64,000 nucleotides of DNA from Octopus vulgaris. Taxonomy: Eukaryota. The notes beneath the pieces are model-generated. The model was not told the origin of the DNA. It ran no database searches and was given only the letters and a program-made list of their open reading frames with translations. The stretch lies in assembly GCA_951406725.2 (NCBI GenBank), contig OX597839.1, positions 21,018,001-21,082,000 on the forward strand, written 5' to 3'. This document shows positions 26,680 through 40,884 of this stretch, piece after piece; position 1 is the first letter of the stretch; each line of letters opens with the position of its first letter. The position numbers and the translations under genes are program-made.

Positions 26680-27210
26680 TGATGGTGGTGGTGGTGGTGT
26701 TGATGATGAAGATGGTGGTTGTGGTGATGGTGATGGTGGTGGTGGTGGTGGTGATGATGATTGTAGTAATGGTGATCGTGATGGTGGTCATGATAGTAAT
26801 GCTGATGATGATGATGATGACAATGGTGGTGGTAGTGGTGGTGGTGGTGGTTATGATGATCGTGGTGGTGATGGTGGTGATGCTGACAATGACAATGATG
26901 ATGGTGGTGGTGATGTTGGCAGTGGTTGCAGTAGTGGAGCCAACGGTGGTGGTGGTGGTAGTGGTGGTGGTGGTGGTGATGCTGACAATGACAATGATGA
27001 TGGTGGTGGTGATGTTGGCAGTGGTTGCAGTAGTGGTGCCAGCGGTGGTGGTGGTGGTAGTGGTGGTGGAGGTCATGATGGTGATGATGATGATGATGAT
27101 GATGATGATGGCAGTGTTGGTCGGTGGTCTTGATGGTGATGATGATGGTGGTGATAATGATGATGTTAACGATGGCAACAATGATGTTGTTGATGATGAT
27201 GCGGATGACA
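26680..27210. repeat. (GGT/GAT)n tract with an internal 96-bp duplication
   Basis: GATGCTGACAATGACAATGATG...GTTGCAGTAGTGG occurs twice. Confidence 0.85.
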
Positions 27211-28059
27211 AAATACTTACTGATGGATATTTCTTCTTAATCATTAAGATCTGAGTTCAAATTCTGCTGGGGGTCAATTTTACCTTCCATTGCTCTGAGT
27301 TTGAGTCAATAAAGTACCAGTTAAATACTGGGGTTGATGTAATCAAATGACCACCTCCCACTAAAATTGCTGGCCTGACATCAAAATTTGAATTTTTCCA
27401 TTATTATTACTATTATTATTGTTTTAATTGTGTACTCATTGTTTATATTGTCCCCTATATTGTCCCCTGTATAAGGCGGTGAGCTGGCAGAAACGTTAGC
27501 ATGCTGGGCAAAATGCTTAGCGGCATTTCATCTGTCTTTAGGTTCTGAGTTCAAATTCCGCAAAGGTTGACATTGTCTTCATTTTCTCAGGGTTGATAAG
27601 TTAAGTACCAGTTGTGTATTGGGGGGGGGGGGGTCGATGTAACCGACAGCCGTATCCCTAAAAATTCTGGGCTTTGTGCCTAGAGTAGAAAAGAATATCA
27701 ATATATTTCTAAGTCAGCGAGCTGGCAGAAGAGTTAGCATCCGGGCGAAATGATTAGCAGTCTTTCATCTGTCTTTACGTTCTGAGTTCAAATTCTACTG
27801 AGGTCGACTTTGCCTTTTATCTTTTCAGGGTTGGTAAATTAAGTACCAGTTGCATGCTGGGGTCGATCTAATCGACAGCCCCCTCCCTAAAAATTTCGTG
27901 CCTTGTGCCTAGACTAGAAAAGAATGTATTGTCCCCTACACGTTGGCCCTGGTAGCCAATAAACGAAATTATTATTATTATTATTATTTTTTTCTTTTTC
28001 ATTTGTGTCATGTACTATGTATACTTCACTTCTTTTAATATATAGTGCATATACTTTTC

Positions 28060-28093
<34 letters not shown>

Positions 28094-28104
28094 CATTTGG
28101 CTCT

Positions 28105-28482
28105 CAGGTAAGTAGCTTGTTTACCAACCACATGGTTCCAGGTTCAGTCCCACTGCGTAGCACCTTGGGCAAGTGTCTTCTACTATAGCCTCGGGCCGAC
28201 CAAAGCCTTGTGAGTGGATTTGGTAGACGGAAACTGAAGCCCGTCGTATATATGTATATATATATATATATGCATGTGTGTGTTTGTCCCCCTAGCATTG
28301 CTTGACAACCGATGCTGGTGTGTTTACGTCCCCGTTACTTAACGGTTCGGCAAAAGAGACCGATAGAATAAGTACTGGGCTTACAAAAGAATAAGTCCTG
28401 GGGTCGAGTTGCTCGATTAAAGGCGGTGCTCCAGCATGGCCGCAGTCAAATGACTGAAACAAGTAAAAGAGTAAAAGAGTAA
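28105..28482 (+). mobile_element. SINE family A, 5' clipped
   Basis: Collinear with other A copies. Confidence 0.85.
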
Positions 28483-28574
28483 AAAAAACCCACACTTTAT
28501 GTCTGTCTCAGTGCTATGCCCCTCATCCTTTGCCCTGGAGGCAAATAAAAGATATCATTATTATTATTATTATT

Positions 28575-28882
28575 CAGTAGTTTTATTTTTATAGCGTGCT
28601 TTCACTTCACTACCGAGCGCAGCTCTGTGTGCCTTGGCTATGTGCTGTGATTTGTTGCGATGCTCTGATGGTTACTGTATTGAAAGTGTTTAGCGTAGGA
28701 TGTGTGCAGTGCCCAGTAGTACAATTTTCTGTATGTTATATATATTTGTAAGTCCTAGTGTTTTTGTTATGTATTTGTCTGAATATTTTTTTTTATTATG
28801 CCTAATGTGCCCACTATGATAAGAATTGTTTCTGTTTTCAGATTCCACATTCAAGTTAACTCTATTTCCAGGTCTTTGTATT
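28575..28882 (-). mobile_element. R4/Dong-clade non-LTR retrotransposon 3' fragment in (TAA)n
   Basis: Minus strand translates KYKDLEIELT*MWNLKTETILIIVGTLG...NIQKIVLLGTAHILR, the RLE C-terminus; Dong elements target TAA repeats. Confidence 0.8.
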
Positions 28883-28898
28883 TTTTATTATTATTATT

Positions 28899-29600
28899 GG
28901 CGGCGAGCTGGCAGAAATGTTAGCACACCGGGCAAAATGCGTAGCCATATTTTGTCTGCCGCTACGTTCTGAGTTCAAATTCCGCCGAGGTCGACTTTGC
29001 CTTTCATCCTTTTGAGGTCGATTAAATAAGTACCAGTTACACACTGGGGTCGATATAATCGACTTAATCCGTTTGTCTGTCCTTGTTTGTCCTCTCTGTG
29101 TTTAGCCCCTTGTGGGTAGTAAAGAAATAAATTATTATTATTATTATTATTAAGGTGGTGAGCTGGCAGAATCATTAGCATGCTGGACAAAATGCTTAGC
29201 AGTACTTCACCGACTGCTTTGTTCTGTGTTCAAATTCCGCCGAGGTCAACTTTGCCTTTCATCCTTTCAGGGTCAATAAATTAAGTACCAGTGAAACACT
29301 GGGGTCGTTGTAATTGACTAGTCCTCTTCCCACAAATTTCAGGCCTTGTGCCTTTAGTAGAAAGGATTGTTATTATTATTATTATTAATCAGGTGGCAAG
29401 CTGGCAGAATCGTTAGCATGCCAGGTGAAATGCTTAGCAGTACTTCACCCATTGCTCCATTCAAATTCTGCTGACGTCAACTTTGCCTTTCATCCTTTCG
29501 GAGTCGATAAAATAAGTACTAGTTGCGTACTGGGGTCGATGTAATCGACTCATCCCCTCCCTCAAAACTACTACCCTTGTGGCAAAATTTGAAATCATTA
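28899..29600 (+). mobile_element. Three consecutive family B SINEs in (TTA)n
   Basis: A-box-like TGGCAGAA, B-box-like GAGTTCAAATT, body GAGGTCGACTTTGCCTTTCATCC. Confidence 0.85.
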
Positions 29601-29703
29601 TCACTGTAGCATGGTACCGCAGGCTGCAAGTAGTAAGCCCGCTATGCATGCAAGAAAGACTCCAGGAGCTCCAACAAAACCTGTGATAATAATAATAATA
29701 ATG

Positions 29704-29761
<58 letters not shown>

Positions 29762-29841
29762 TGATAATAATAATAATAGACTCACCTCCTCCCTCAAAAC
29801 TGTTACCCTTGTGTCAAAATTTGAAGCCATTATTATTATTA

Positions 29842-29880
<39 letters not shown>

Positions 29881-29882
<2 letters not shown>

Positions 29883-30247
29883 GAGTGAGAGAGCAGTGCA
29901 TGCCATCAAAGTGACACTGGGGTAAAATAAACGAAGCCCAGTATACCCATCATGACTACCCGTCTGATAAGGGTACACTAGGCAAATGCATCACAACCAT
30001 GTGTGCGACATGGTGATCTCATATCAAGATAAACAGCGCGTGACCTCGCAGGTGGGGCACAGTTAGAATTTTCTTCTGGTCGAGTAGCCCGTCCCACTCA
30101 AATGGTCCCTGAATAAGGGTTGTTTAACGATATTGAATGAAACATCCGTGCTTCCAGAGGTGAATTATCCAAACCCTAAAGAATCCCTCTCGACACATGG
30201 CTATGATGCTCCCCAACTACTTCTGCTCATGATCAGAGATGCACATA
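29881..30247 (-). mobile_element. Family D, 5'-truncated
   Basis: Matches the 3' part of 14128-14667; flanked by (TTA)n. Confidence 0.8.
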
Positions 30248-30285
30248 TTATTATTATTATCATTATTATTATTATCATTATTATT

Positions 30286-30320
<35 letters not shown>

Positions 30321-30364
30321 TATTAATATCATCATTATTATTACTATTATCCTTATTATTATTA

Positions 30365-31395
30365 AGGCAACTGGATGGCAGAATCGTTAGCACATGGGCT
30401 GAAGTCCTTTGCAGTATTTCATCTGCCGCAATGTTCTGAGTTCAAATTCCACCAAGGTCAACTTTGCTTTCATCTTTTCAGGGTCAATTAAATAAGTACC
30501 TATTTCTTTATTACCCACAAGGGCCTAAACATAGAGGGGACAAACAAGGACAGACATAGGTATTAAGTCGATTACATCGACCCCTGTGCATAACTGGTAC
30601 TTATTTAATCGACCTCGAAAGGATGAAAGGCAAAGTCGACCTCGGCGGAATTTGAACTCACACCGTAACGGCAGACGAAATACCGCTAAGCATTTCACCC
30701 AGCGTGCTAACGTTTCTGCCAGCTCGCCACCTTATAATTAAATAAGTACCAGTTACGCACTGGGGGTCGATGTAATTGACTTAATCCTTGCTCCAAATTT
30801 GAGGCCTTGTGCTCCCAGTAGAAAGGATCAATATTATTACGATTGTTATTATTATTATTATCATTACTGTTATTAAGGTAGTGAGCTGGCAGAAGTGTTA
30901 GCACGCCAGGCAAAACAGTCAGCGGTATTTCAGCTGTCCTTATGTTCCGAGTTCAAATTCCGCCGAGGTTGACTTTGCCTTTCATCCTTTTGAGGTCGAT
31001 TAAATAAGTACCAGTTACACACTGGGGTCGATATGATCGACTTAATCCATTTGTCTGTCCTTGTTTGTCCTCTCTGTGTTTAGCCCCTTGTGGGTAGTAA
31101 AGAAATAAATTATTATTATTATTATTAAGGTGGCGAGCTGGCAGAATCATTAGCATGCTGGACAAAATGCTTAGCAGTACTTCACCGACTGCTTTGTTCT
31201 GTGTTCAAATTCCGCCGAGGTCAACTTTGCCTTTCATCCTTTCAGGGTCAATAAATTAAGTACCAGTGAAACACTGGGATCGTTGTAATTGACTAGTCCT
31301 CTTCCCACAAATTTCAGGGTCGATGAATTAAGTACTAGTGAAATACTGGGGTCAATGTAATCAACCAATACCCTCCCCCAAAACTTCAAGGCCTT
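30365..31395. mobile_element. Family B cluster; minus copy 30501-30734 inserted in a plus copy with 15-bp TSD
   Basis: AATTAAATAAGTACC on both sides of the inner copy. Confidence 0.85.
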
Positions 31396-31422
31396 ATACC
31401 TTCAGTAGAAAGGATAACATGT

Positions 31423-31760
31423 AGCAAATTCACTGAAAGGTGAGTGAATGTCGCAAGAATGGCCAGTATGAACGGACCAATTCTGAGGTTACACCTGTAA
31501 TAAAAAAAGGTAAATATCAACGAAGAAAGGGCTCTCGACCATGCTCCCGTGGCTTTCATGGGTTTTTTCCATGAGTAACCTTTCGAAGCGCCTCCCCCTA
31601 TTGGGAGTTTTAATTGTTACTTATTTTTCGTTGTTATCCTGCTTTTGTACATGGACCTTTTTGCAAACGGACAAAACCCTTTGTAACTTTCGTCCTGTAT
31701 TTTGTCCCTTTATGTTTTAATTGATTTTTGTTAGCCCTTGTGGCCAATAAACGAACAAAT
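31423..31760 (+). mobile_element. Probable Tx1/L1-like LINE 3' end
   Basis: SKFTER*VNVARMASMNGPILRLHL* (F..RW-like terminus), T-rich 3' UTR, AATAAA, then (TTA)n; clade call is tentative. Confidence 0.45.
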
Positions 31761-31892
31761 TATTATTATTATTATTATTACTATTATTATTATTACCATT
31801 ATTATTATTATTATTATTACTATTATTATTATTACTATTATTATTATTATTATTATTATTACTATTATTATTATTACTATTATTATTATTAC

Positions 31893-31928
<36 letters not shown>

Positions 31929-32009
31929 TATTATTATTACCATTATTATTATTATTATTATTACTATTATTATTATTACTATTATTATTATTACTATTAT
32001 TATTATTAC

Positions 32010-32045
<36 letters not shown>

Positions 32046-32219
32046 TATTATTATTACCATTATTATTATTATTATTATTACTATTATTATTATTACTATT
32101 ATTATTATTACTATTATTATTATTACCATTATTATTATTATTACTATTATTATTATTACTATTATTATTATTACCATTATTATTATTACTATTATTATTA
32201 TTACTATTATTATTATTAC

Positions 32220-32255
<36 letters not shown>

Positions 32256-32321
32256 TATTATTATTACCATTATTATTATTATTATTATTACTATTATTAT
32301 TATTACTATTATTATTATTAC

Positions 32322-32357
<36 letters not shown>

Positions 32358-32666
32358 TATTATTATTACCATTATTATTATTATTATTATTACTATTATT
32401 ATTATTACCATTATTATTATTACTATTATTATTATTACTATTATTATTATTACCATTATTACCATTATTATTATTATTATTATTATTACTATTATTATTA
32501 TTACCATTATTATTATTATTATTATTACTATTATTATTATTACTATTATTATTATTACTATTATTATTATTACCATTATTATTATTATTATTATTACTAT
32601 TATTATTATTACTATTATTATTATTACCATTATTATTATTATTATTATTACTATTATTATTATTAC

Positions 32667-32702
<36 letters not shown>

Positions 32703-32807
32703 TATTATTATTACCATTATTATTATTATTATTATTACTATTATTATTATTACCATTATTATTATTACTATTATTATTATTACTATTATTATTATTACCA
32801 TTATTAC

Positions 32808-32843
<36 letters not shown>

Positions 32844-32965
32844 TATTATTATTACCATTATTATTATTATTATTATTACTATTATTATTATTACTATTAT
32901 TATTATTACTATTATTATTATTACCATTATTATTATTATTATTATTACTATTATTATTATTACGA
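31760..32965. repeat. 1.2-kb (TTA)n with periodic CTA/CCA interruptions
   Basis: Direct reading. Confidence 0.95.
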
Positions 32966-33377
32966 TTGTTGTTGTTGTTGTTGTTGTTGCTGTTGCTGCT
33001 GCTGCTGCTTTTTTTTATTTGTTGTATTAATAGTATTGGTAGTAGTATAAAGTAGTACTTGATGAAAATAAGCAGCAGCCACAATGTCATCGTCATCATT
33101 ATCAATGCGCTCAACATTATCCTCATAGTTAGCCTGAGGATGAATATTATTATTATTATTATTATTATTACCATTACTACTACCATCATTACCACCACTA
33201 CCACCACACCACCACCACCACTACTACTGTCATCACAGTCATCCTCCTCTTCCTCTTCCCCCGCCACCTCATCACCATCACCATCATCATCATTATTATC
33301 GTCCTCATTGCATCGACTCAATTGGAAAGAGAGCTTTGGGTTTTCATTTCTCTTTTAAATCTTTATTTCCCTGTTGT

Positions 33378-33975
33378 CAGCATCATCATCATCATCATCA
33401 ACATCATCATCAACATTATCATCAGCAGCAGCAGCAGCACCGTCATCATCATCATCATCATCATATCCACCATCGTCATCATCATCACCACCGTCATCAT
33501 CATAATCCTCATCCTCATCATGGTTGTTGTCATTGTCATCATCATCATCAACAGCAGCAGCAGCAGCACCATCATCATCATCAGCAGCATCATCATCATC
33601 ATAATCATCATCACCACCGTCATCATTATCATCAGCAGCAGCACCATCATCATCATCATCATCATCATCATCAGCAGCATCATCATCATCATAATCATCA
33701 TCCCCACCGTCATCATTATCATCAGCAGCAGCATCATCATCATTGTCATCATCACTATCATCATCATAATCCTCATCACCACCATCATCATCAGCAGCAG
33801 CAGCAGCAGTAGCAGCAGCACCATCATCATCATCATCATCATCATATCCGCCATTATCATCATCATCATCATCATCACCATCATCATCATAATCCTCATC
33901 TTCATCATGGTTGTTGCCGTTGTCGCCATCATCATCATCATCGTCATCGTCACCATTATCAACATAATCCTCATC
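33378..33975. repeat. (CAT/CAG)n tract with higher-order duplications
   Basis: Direct reading. Confidence 0.9.
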
Positions 33976-34166
33976 ACTGGTGTACATCATCAGAATCATT
34001 TTCCCTTGTGGTTTTTCTTCCAGCTCTTTACATTCTAAATTCAAATCAAAACTTATCGTTTTAATCCCTTCAGGGTTGACGAAATAAAATACCAGACAAT
34101 TTCTGCAATAAATGACATTGTCTCTCCTTGAAATTCTTGGTCTTCTACCAAAATCAGAAACCATTA

Positions 34167-34200
<34 letters not shown>

Positions 34201-34530
34201 AGTGGCAAGCTGGCAGAATTGTTAACATGCCAGGAAAAATGCTTAGCAGTATTTCATCTGCTGCTACGTTCTGAGTTCAAATTGCACTGAGGCCGACTTT
34301 GCTTTTCACTCTTTCGGGGTCGATTAAATAAGTACCAGTTATGCTCTGGGGTTGATATAATCAACTTAATCTGTTTGTCTGTCCTTGTTTGTCCCCTCTG
34401 TGTGTAGCCCCCTGTGGGCAGTAAAGAAATAGGTACTTTACAAAGCTCAGCTTTAAATTTCAAACCTTTTAGGATTGACAAAATATAATACTAGTCCTAA
34501 AAAGTTGATTAGCAAAATTGTCAAGGTAGA

Positions 34531-35128
34531 TTGGTAGATTGGCAAAATTGTCAGAGCAGATTGGTAGATTAGCAGACTTGTCAGAGCAGATTGGTAGATT
34601 GGCAGACTTGTCAGAGCAGATTGGTAGATTGGCAGAATTGTCAGAGCAGATTGATAGATTGGAGGACTTGTCAGAGCAGATTGGTAGAGTGGCAGACTTG
34701 TCAGAGCAGATTGGTAGATTGGCAGACTTGTCAGAGCAGATTGGTAGATTGGCAGACTTGTCAGAGCAGATTGATAGATTGGAGGACTTGTCAGAGAAGA
34801 TTGGTAGATTGGCAGACTTGTCAGAGCAGATTGGTAGATTGGCAGAATTGTCAGAGCAGATTGGTAGATTGGCAGACTTGTCAGAGCAGATTGGTAGATT
34901 GGCAGACTTGTCAGAGCAGATTGATAGATTGGAGGACTTGTCAGAGCAGATTGGTAGATTGGCAGACTTGTCAGAGCAGATTGGTAGATTGGCAGAATTG
35001 TCAGAGCAGATTGGTAGAGTGGCAGACTTGTCAGAGCAGATTGGTAGACTTGTCAGAGCAGATTGGTAGATTGGTAGAATTGTCAGAGCAGATTGGTAGC
35101 TTGTCAGAGCAGATTGGTAGCTTGTCAG
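34531..35128. repeat. 30-bp minisatellite TTGGTAGATTGGCAGACTTGTCAGAGCAGA, 17 full units plus shortened terminal units
   Basis: Exact 30-bp periodicity. Confidence 0.95.
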
Positions 35129-35361
35129 AAGGGATTCCTTTATAATTCTTTTTCTCAGTGTACTAAGTTCTTACGGGGTGGACTTAATCTGTCTCATTGA
35201 TCCTTGGGTGCTTTTAGTGGACACCCCTATGTTGCAAGCATTCAGGCCAGGTCTCTTCTCCCCTTTCATCCCACAAGTCTCAGAAGCTCAGAAATAAATA
35301 AAGGGCTATGGACACTGCCCTTCACTCCTTGAACCAAAGTGGGAAAACAAAAAAACAAACA

Positions 35362-35885
35362 AATGATGACAATGATGACAATGATAATGATGCTGGTGGA
35401 GTCAGTGATGATGACAATGATGATGGTGATGATGATGTTGATAAGGATGATGACGGTGATTACAAAGTTGATGTTGCTGATGATGGTGTTGATGATGATG
35501 ATGGTGGTGGTGGTGCTGGTGCTTGTTGTGGTGCTGGTGGAGATGATGATGATGATGTTGATGGTGGAGGTGATGATGATGATGATGGTGATGATGATAA
35601 CAACAACAACGATAATGTTGATGTGGAGGTGGTGGTGATGGTGGTGGTGGTGGTGGTGCTTGTTGTGGTGCTGGTGGAGATGATGATGATGATGTTGATG
35701 GTGGAGGTGATGATGATGATGATGGTGGTGATGATGATGTTGATGGTGGAGGTGATGATGGTGATGATGATAACAACAACAACGATAATGTTGATGTGGA
35801 GGTGGTGGTGATGGTGGTGGTGGTGGTGGTGGTGCTTGTTGTGGTGCTGGTGGAGATGATGATGATGATGTTGATGGTGGAGGTG

Positions 35886-35917
<32 letters not shown>

Positions 35918-36085
35918 GGTGATGATGTTGATTGTGGAGGTGATGATGATGATAACAACAACAACGATAATGTTGATGTGGAGGTGGTGGTGATGGTGGT
36001 GGTGGTGATGGTGGTAATTATGGTAATGATGATGATGATGATGGGTGGTGGTGGTGGTGGTGGTGGTGGTGATGATAATGATAGT
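35362..36085. repeat. (GAT/GGT)n tract with higher-order repeats
   Basis: GATAACAACAACAACGATAATGTTGATGTGGAGG occurs three times. Confidence 0.9.
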
Positions 36086-36138
36086 AGCATGCTTTGCTAA
36101 GTCATACACACTTGTCAGCAATGGCTAAGGTTTTTATA

Positions 36139-36175
<37 letters not shown>

Positions 36176-36176
<1 letters not shown>

Positions 36177-36513
36177 TGACACTGTTCAAGTGGACTCTAC
36201 TGCAATTATTTAACCCCAGGAGGACATCTCCTCTAGCTGGTCAATGAAGCACAGCTGCATCCAATAAAACAGCAAACAGTAAACCCCTATCATCTGGTGA
36301 CAGGACCAGTGGATAGGTCCTGGTTTCACGCAGGAGTGGCGGAAATAGCCTGAAAGCAGGACTTGTCTACTGCTTCCATTGCTAAGAGATGGTAGGGGGT
36401 CGCTCCCCTGCTCGCAATTTTATCGGATACAGCTGTGCATCGTTAACCAGGTAGAGGAGATGTCCTCCTGGAGTTAAATAATTGCAGTAGAGTCCACTCG
36501 AATGGACAGCCAT
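36176..36513. mobile_element. MITE/foldback element with about 95-bp TIRs
   Basis: AGTGGACTCTACTGCAATTATTTAACCCCAGGAGGACATCTCCTCTA versus its reverse complement at about 36452-36498; termini degraded. Confidence 0.75.
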
Positions 36514-36535
36514 GTTAAAGCAGCTACAAATATTG

Positions 36536-36539
<4 letters not shown>

Positions 36540-36595
<56 letters not shown>

Positions 36596-37006
36596 TACAC
36601 ACACATTCATACAACTTATTAAGATGCACATAAATGAACCCCTATACACACTCACACACACACACAAATACATGCCCATAACATGTAGAATGCCTACATG
36701 CATACATACACACACATACACACACACACATACATATACACATATATGTATGTACATGCATACATACATACATATCCATACATGTATACACTAATACATA
36801 CATATAAACATACACACATACATATATACATAAATATATAAATACATATGTATGTACATATGTACATACCTATATACATACACATATTTATGTACATACA
36901 TACATTCATACCTATACACACACACACATATATACATACATGCATACATATATACATACATACATACATTCATACCTATACACACACATATATACATACA
37001 TGTATG

Positions 37007-37038
<32 letters not shown>

Positions 37039-37499
37039 CACATACACATACATACATATGTACACACATACATACACACACAGATACATACATATGTACA
37101 TACATTCATTTGTACACACACATACACATACATACATACATACATACACTCATACATAAATATATACATATGTACGTACAAACATCCATACCTATACACA
37201 TACATACATACATACATGCATGCATACATACATATATACATACATACATACATACATACATATGTACATACCTATATACATACATATGTACATACATACA
37301 TTCATACCTACACACATACATACATACACACACAGATACATACATACGTACATACATTCATTTGTACACACACATACATACACTCACACATACATATATA
37401 CATATGTACATACATACATACATTCATACATACATACATACATGCATGCATGCATGCATACATACATGCATGCATGCATGCATACATACATACATATAC

Positions 37500-37530
<31 letters not shown>

Positions 37531-37580
37531 CAAACATACATCCATACATACATAATACATACATACATACATACATAAAT
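36540..37580. repeat. (TACA)n/(CA)n microsatellite field
   Basis: Direct reading. Confidence 0.9.
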
Positions 37581-38020
37581 ATTAATCACTGCCAAATCTC
37601 TAACTGAAAAGAATATTCTTCACTGAAAAGGTCTCATAAGACTGAAACACATGCGCATTCACCAATTGACATTAAGCATCAAATCCACTCCCAAACAGAA
37701 TTGCTTATATCTTGCAATAAATTCCACTTAATCCATTTCTTAGTCACTATCTCTCTTGCCTGCTGTTTTCAGAATTTTAAACAAACACGAGGAAGTTTTT
37801 ATTTTCTAATTGCATGGATAATTGAAATGTTCACTACTCACTTTTTATCAAATATGCGAAAGACTTCCATATTAATACTTTGTACATTCATCATACAATG
37901 TTTTCCCTGCCCTCAGGGGATTTTTTCCTTCAGCCCTGTTGTTATCTTGCGCTTCAATTATATACACACAAACACACACAAATGCACACACACACACACA
38001 AATGCACACACACACATATA

Positions 38021-38083
<63 letters not shown>

Positions 38084-38327
38084 CAAACACATACATATAC
38101 ACACATGGAAGCACACACACATACATACACATATAAATATAGACACACTTGTACATGTTTTATATATAAATATATATATATACACACCTATTTGTGTCTA
38201 TGTATGTGTGTTTAAATGTATAAATATTATATATATACACATGTGTATGTATATACATACATTTTATATATATATAAATGTCTATATGAATATATGCATA
38301 TGTATGTGTATATATATATACATATAT

Positions 38328-38367
<40 letters not shown>

Positions 38368-38468
38368 CATATGTATGTGTGTGTGTATATATATATATAC
38401 ATATGTGTTTGCATAATATAGATATTCACATATATATGTATAAACATACTTGTATACGCGTATGTATA

Positions 38469-38501
<33 letters not shown>

Positions 38502-38619
38502 ATATGAATGAATATACATATATATGTATGTATGTATGAATGGATATATATATATATATATATGTTTAGGTATGTGTATACACACACACACGTATATATG
38601 TATACAAGTTTATATGTAT

Positions 38620-39050
38620 ATATAAGTTTATACACAAATAGCTTAAGCAGAAACCACCCACACAAATATAGACATACCGACAAAATCTACATGTATGCAC
38701 GTATGTATATATATACACTATACCTTCCATTACAGTATATAATCTTGCTGTGTCTGCAGCATTACACACACACACACACACACACCCATACACACACAAA
38801 CGCACACACCCATACACACACATGTACATGCACACACACATACGTACACACACACACATACATACATGCATACTCACACATTTATACATACATATACACA
38901 CACCCATACATAAATGCATACATGTATATACACACATTTATATATACATACATACACATGCATGTATATCATGTATATATATTTATATTTTTTACATATG
39001 CATGTGTGTATATATATGTGTGTGTGTGTGTATGTGTATGTTTATATATG

Positions 39051-39082
<32 letters not shown>

Positions 39083-39283
39083 CATGTATATATATATGTA
39101 TGTGTACATATATATATATATATTTTACATGCGTATGTATATATGTATATATATAAGTATGTGTGCATATATATTTATATATATGTTGGAATGTATATAT
39201 GTATATATACGTATATGTGTATATGTGTGTATCATCATCATCATCGTTTAACATCCGTTTTCCATGTGGCATGGGTTGGATGG

Positions 39284-39314
<31 letters not shown>

Positions 39315-39736
39315 CCCACACACAAGAAACTCTCAGACTTTGAGTCACTCTATTACTTCTGCTAAATATTAATAAAAACATACACATATGTGTATGTCTG
39401 TGTTTGTCCCCCCCACCATCACTTGACAACCGATGCTGGTGTGTTTACGTCCCTGTAACTTAGAGGGTTCAGCAAAAGAGGCCAATAGAATGAGTACTAG
39501 GCTTACAAAGAATAAGTCCTGGGGTCAATTTGCTCGACTAAAAGGCGGTGCTGCAGCATGGCCACAGTCAAATGACTGAAACAAATAAAAGAATGAAAGA
39601 ATATATTTTGAGTTCATACACACATACATATATACATATATATATATATGCATGTATGTATGTGTGTGTTTGTGTGTATGTGTGTGTGTACGTATGTGTG
39701 TGTGCATGTACATGTGTGTGTATGGGTGTGTGCGTT

Positions 39737-39778
<42 letters not shown>

Positions 39779-39912
39779 GCTGCAGACACAGCAAGATTAT
39801 ATACTGTAATGGAAGGTATAGTGTATGTATATACATATGTGCATACATGTAGATTTTGTCGGTATGTCTATATTTGTGTGGGTGGTTTCTGCTTAAGCTA
39901 TTTGTGTATAAA

Positions 39913-39918
<6 letters not shown>
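38620..39918. repeat. Inverted duplication, arms about 38620-38870 and 39655-39918
   Basis: GCTTAAGCAGAAACCACCCAC...CTTGCTGTGTCTGCAGCATTAC is mirrored almost exactly. Confidence 0.9.
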
Positions 39919-39946
<28 letters not shown>

Positions 39947-40884
39947 AATATATGCAAATATGCATGCACACACACTGTCAAGCATATATATATGCATGCC
40001 TGCAAACACACATAAAAGATCATTCGTACACATGTGGTGACAAGCTACCCTTATCCATTAAATATTTCTATGCACCCACTCAGAAATACCCCAGCTCATC
40101 AAATGATTCACGCACACACAGACACGCCCACACATATGCATACATACATACATAGACACAACACACACACACACATGTAGGCACACACACATACATGCAT
40201 GCACACACACACACAGACACACCCACACATATGCATACATACATCGACACAATACACACAACACACACACATGTAGGCACGCACACATACATGCATGTAC
40301 ACACACACATAAATACACTAAATTCACATGTACGCAATCACACAGATACGCCCACACACATGCACGCATACATAGACACAACAGCCACCCACATACACAC
40401 ACACACATACACACGCATTCAAGTTAATACACATTTTGGGGCAGCAACACACACACATACATACATGTACACACATATTCAGATTAGCATAATACACACA
40501 CACACACATATTCACAAACTGACACATATATAGGTATGTCTATGCACTTGTACACACTAACACACACACACACACACACACTCATTAACACAGATTTAAG
40601 AACACCTACACACTTCTTTATATCCTCACACATGCATTAACATACATAGGAATACCTACACACACATGCACTCATGTACATGGCACATACACACACAAAC
40701 ACACACACACACACACACACAATGATATGCACACACACAAACAATGGCACACATGCGCAAACACATACAAAGGCATACATACACATGTCCACAATGGTAC
40801 ACACACACACAAAATAGCACACATACACACACACATACAATGGCATACACACATACATAATGGCATATGCACACATGCACACAC

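Noticed and set aside
31717-33321. Poly-Asn, poly-Tyr and poly-Ile ORFs
   Set aside because: (TTA)n microsatellite that lacks stops in several frames
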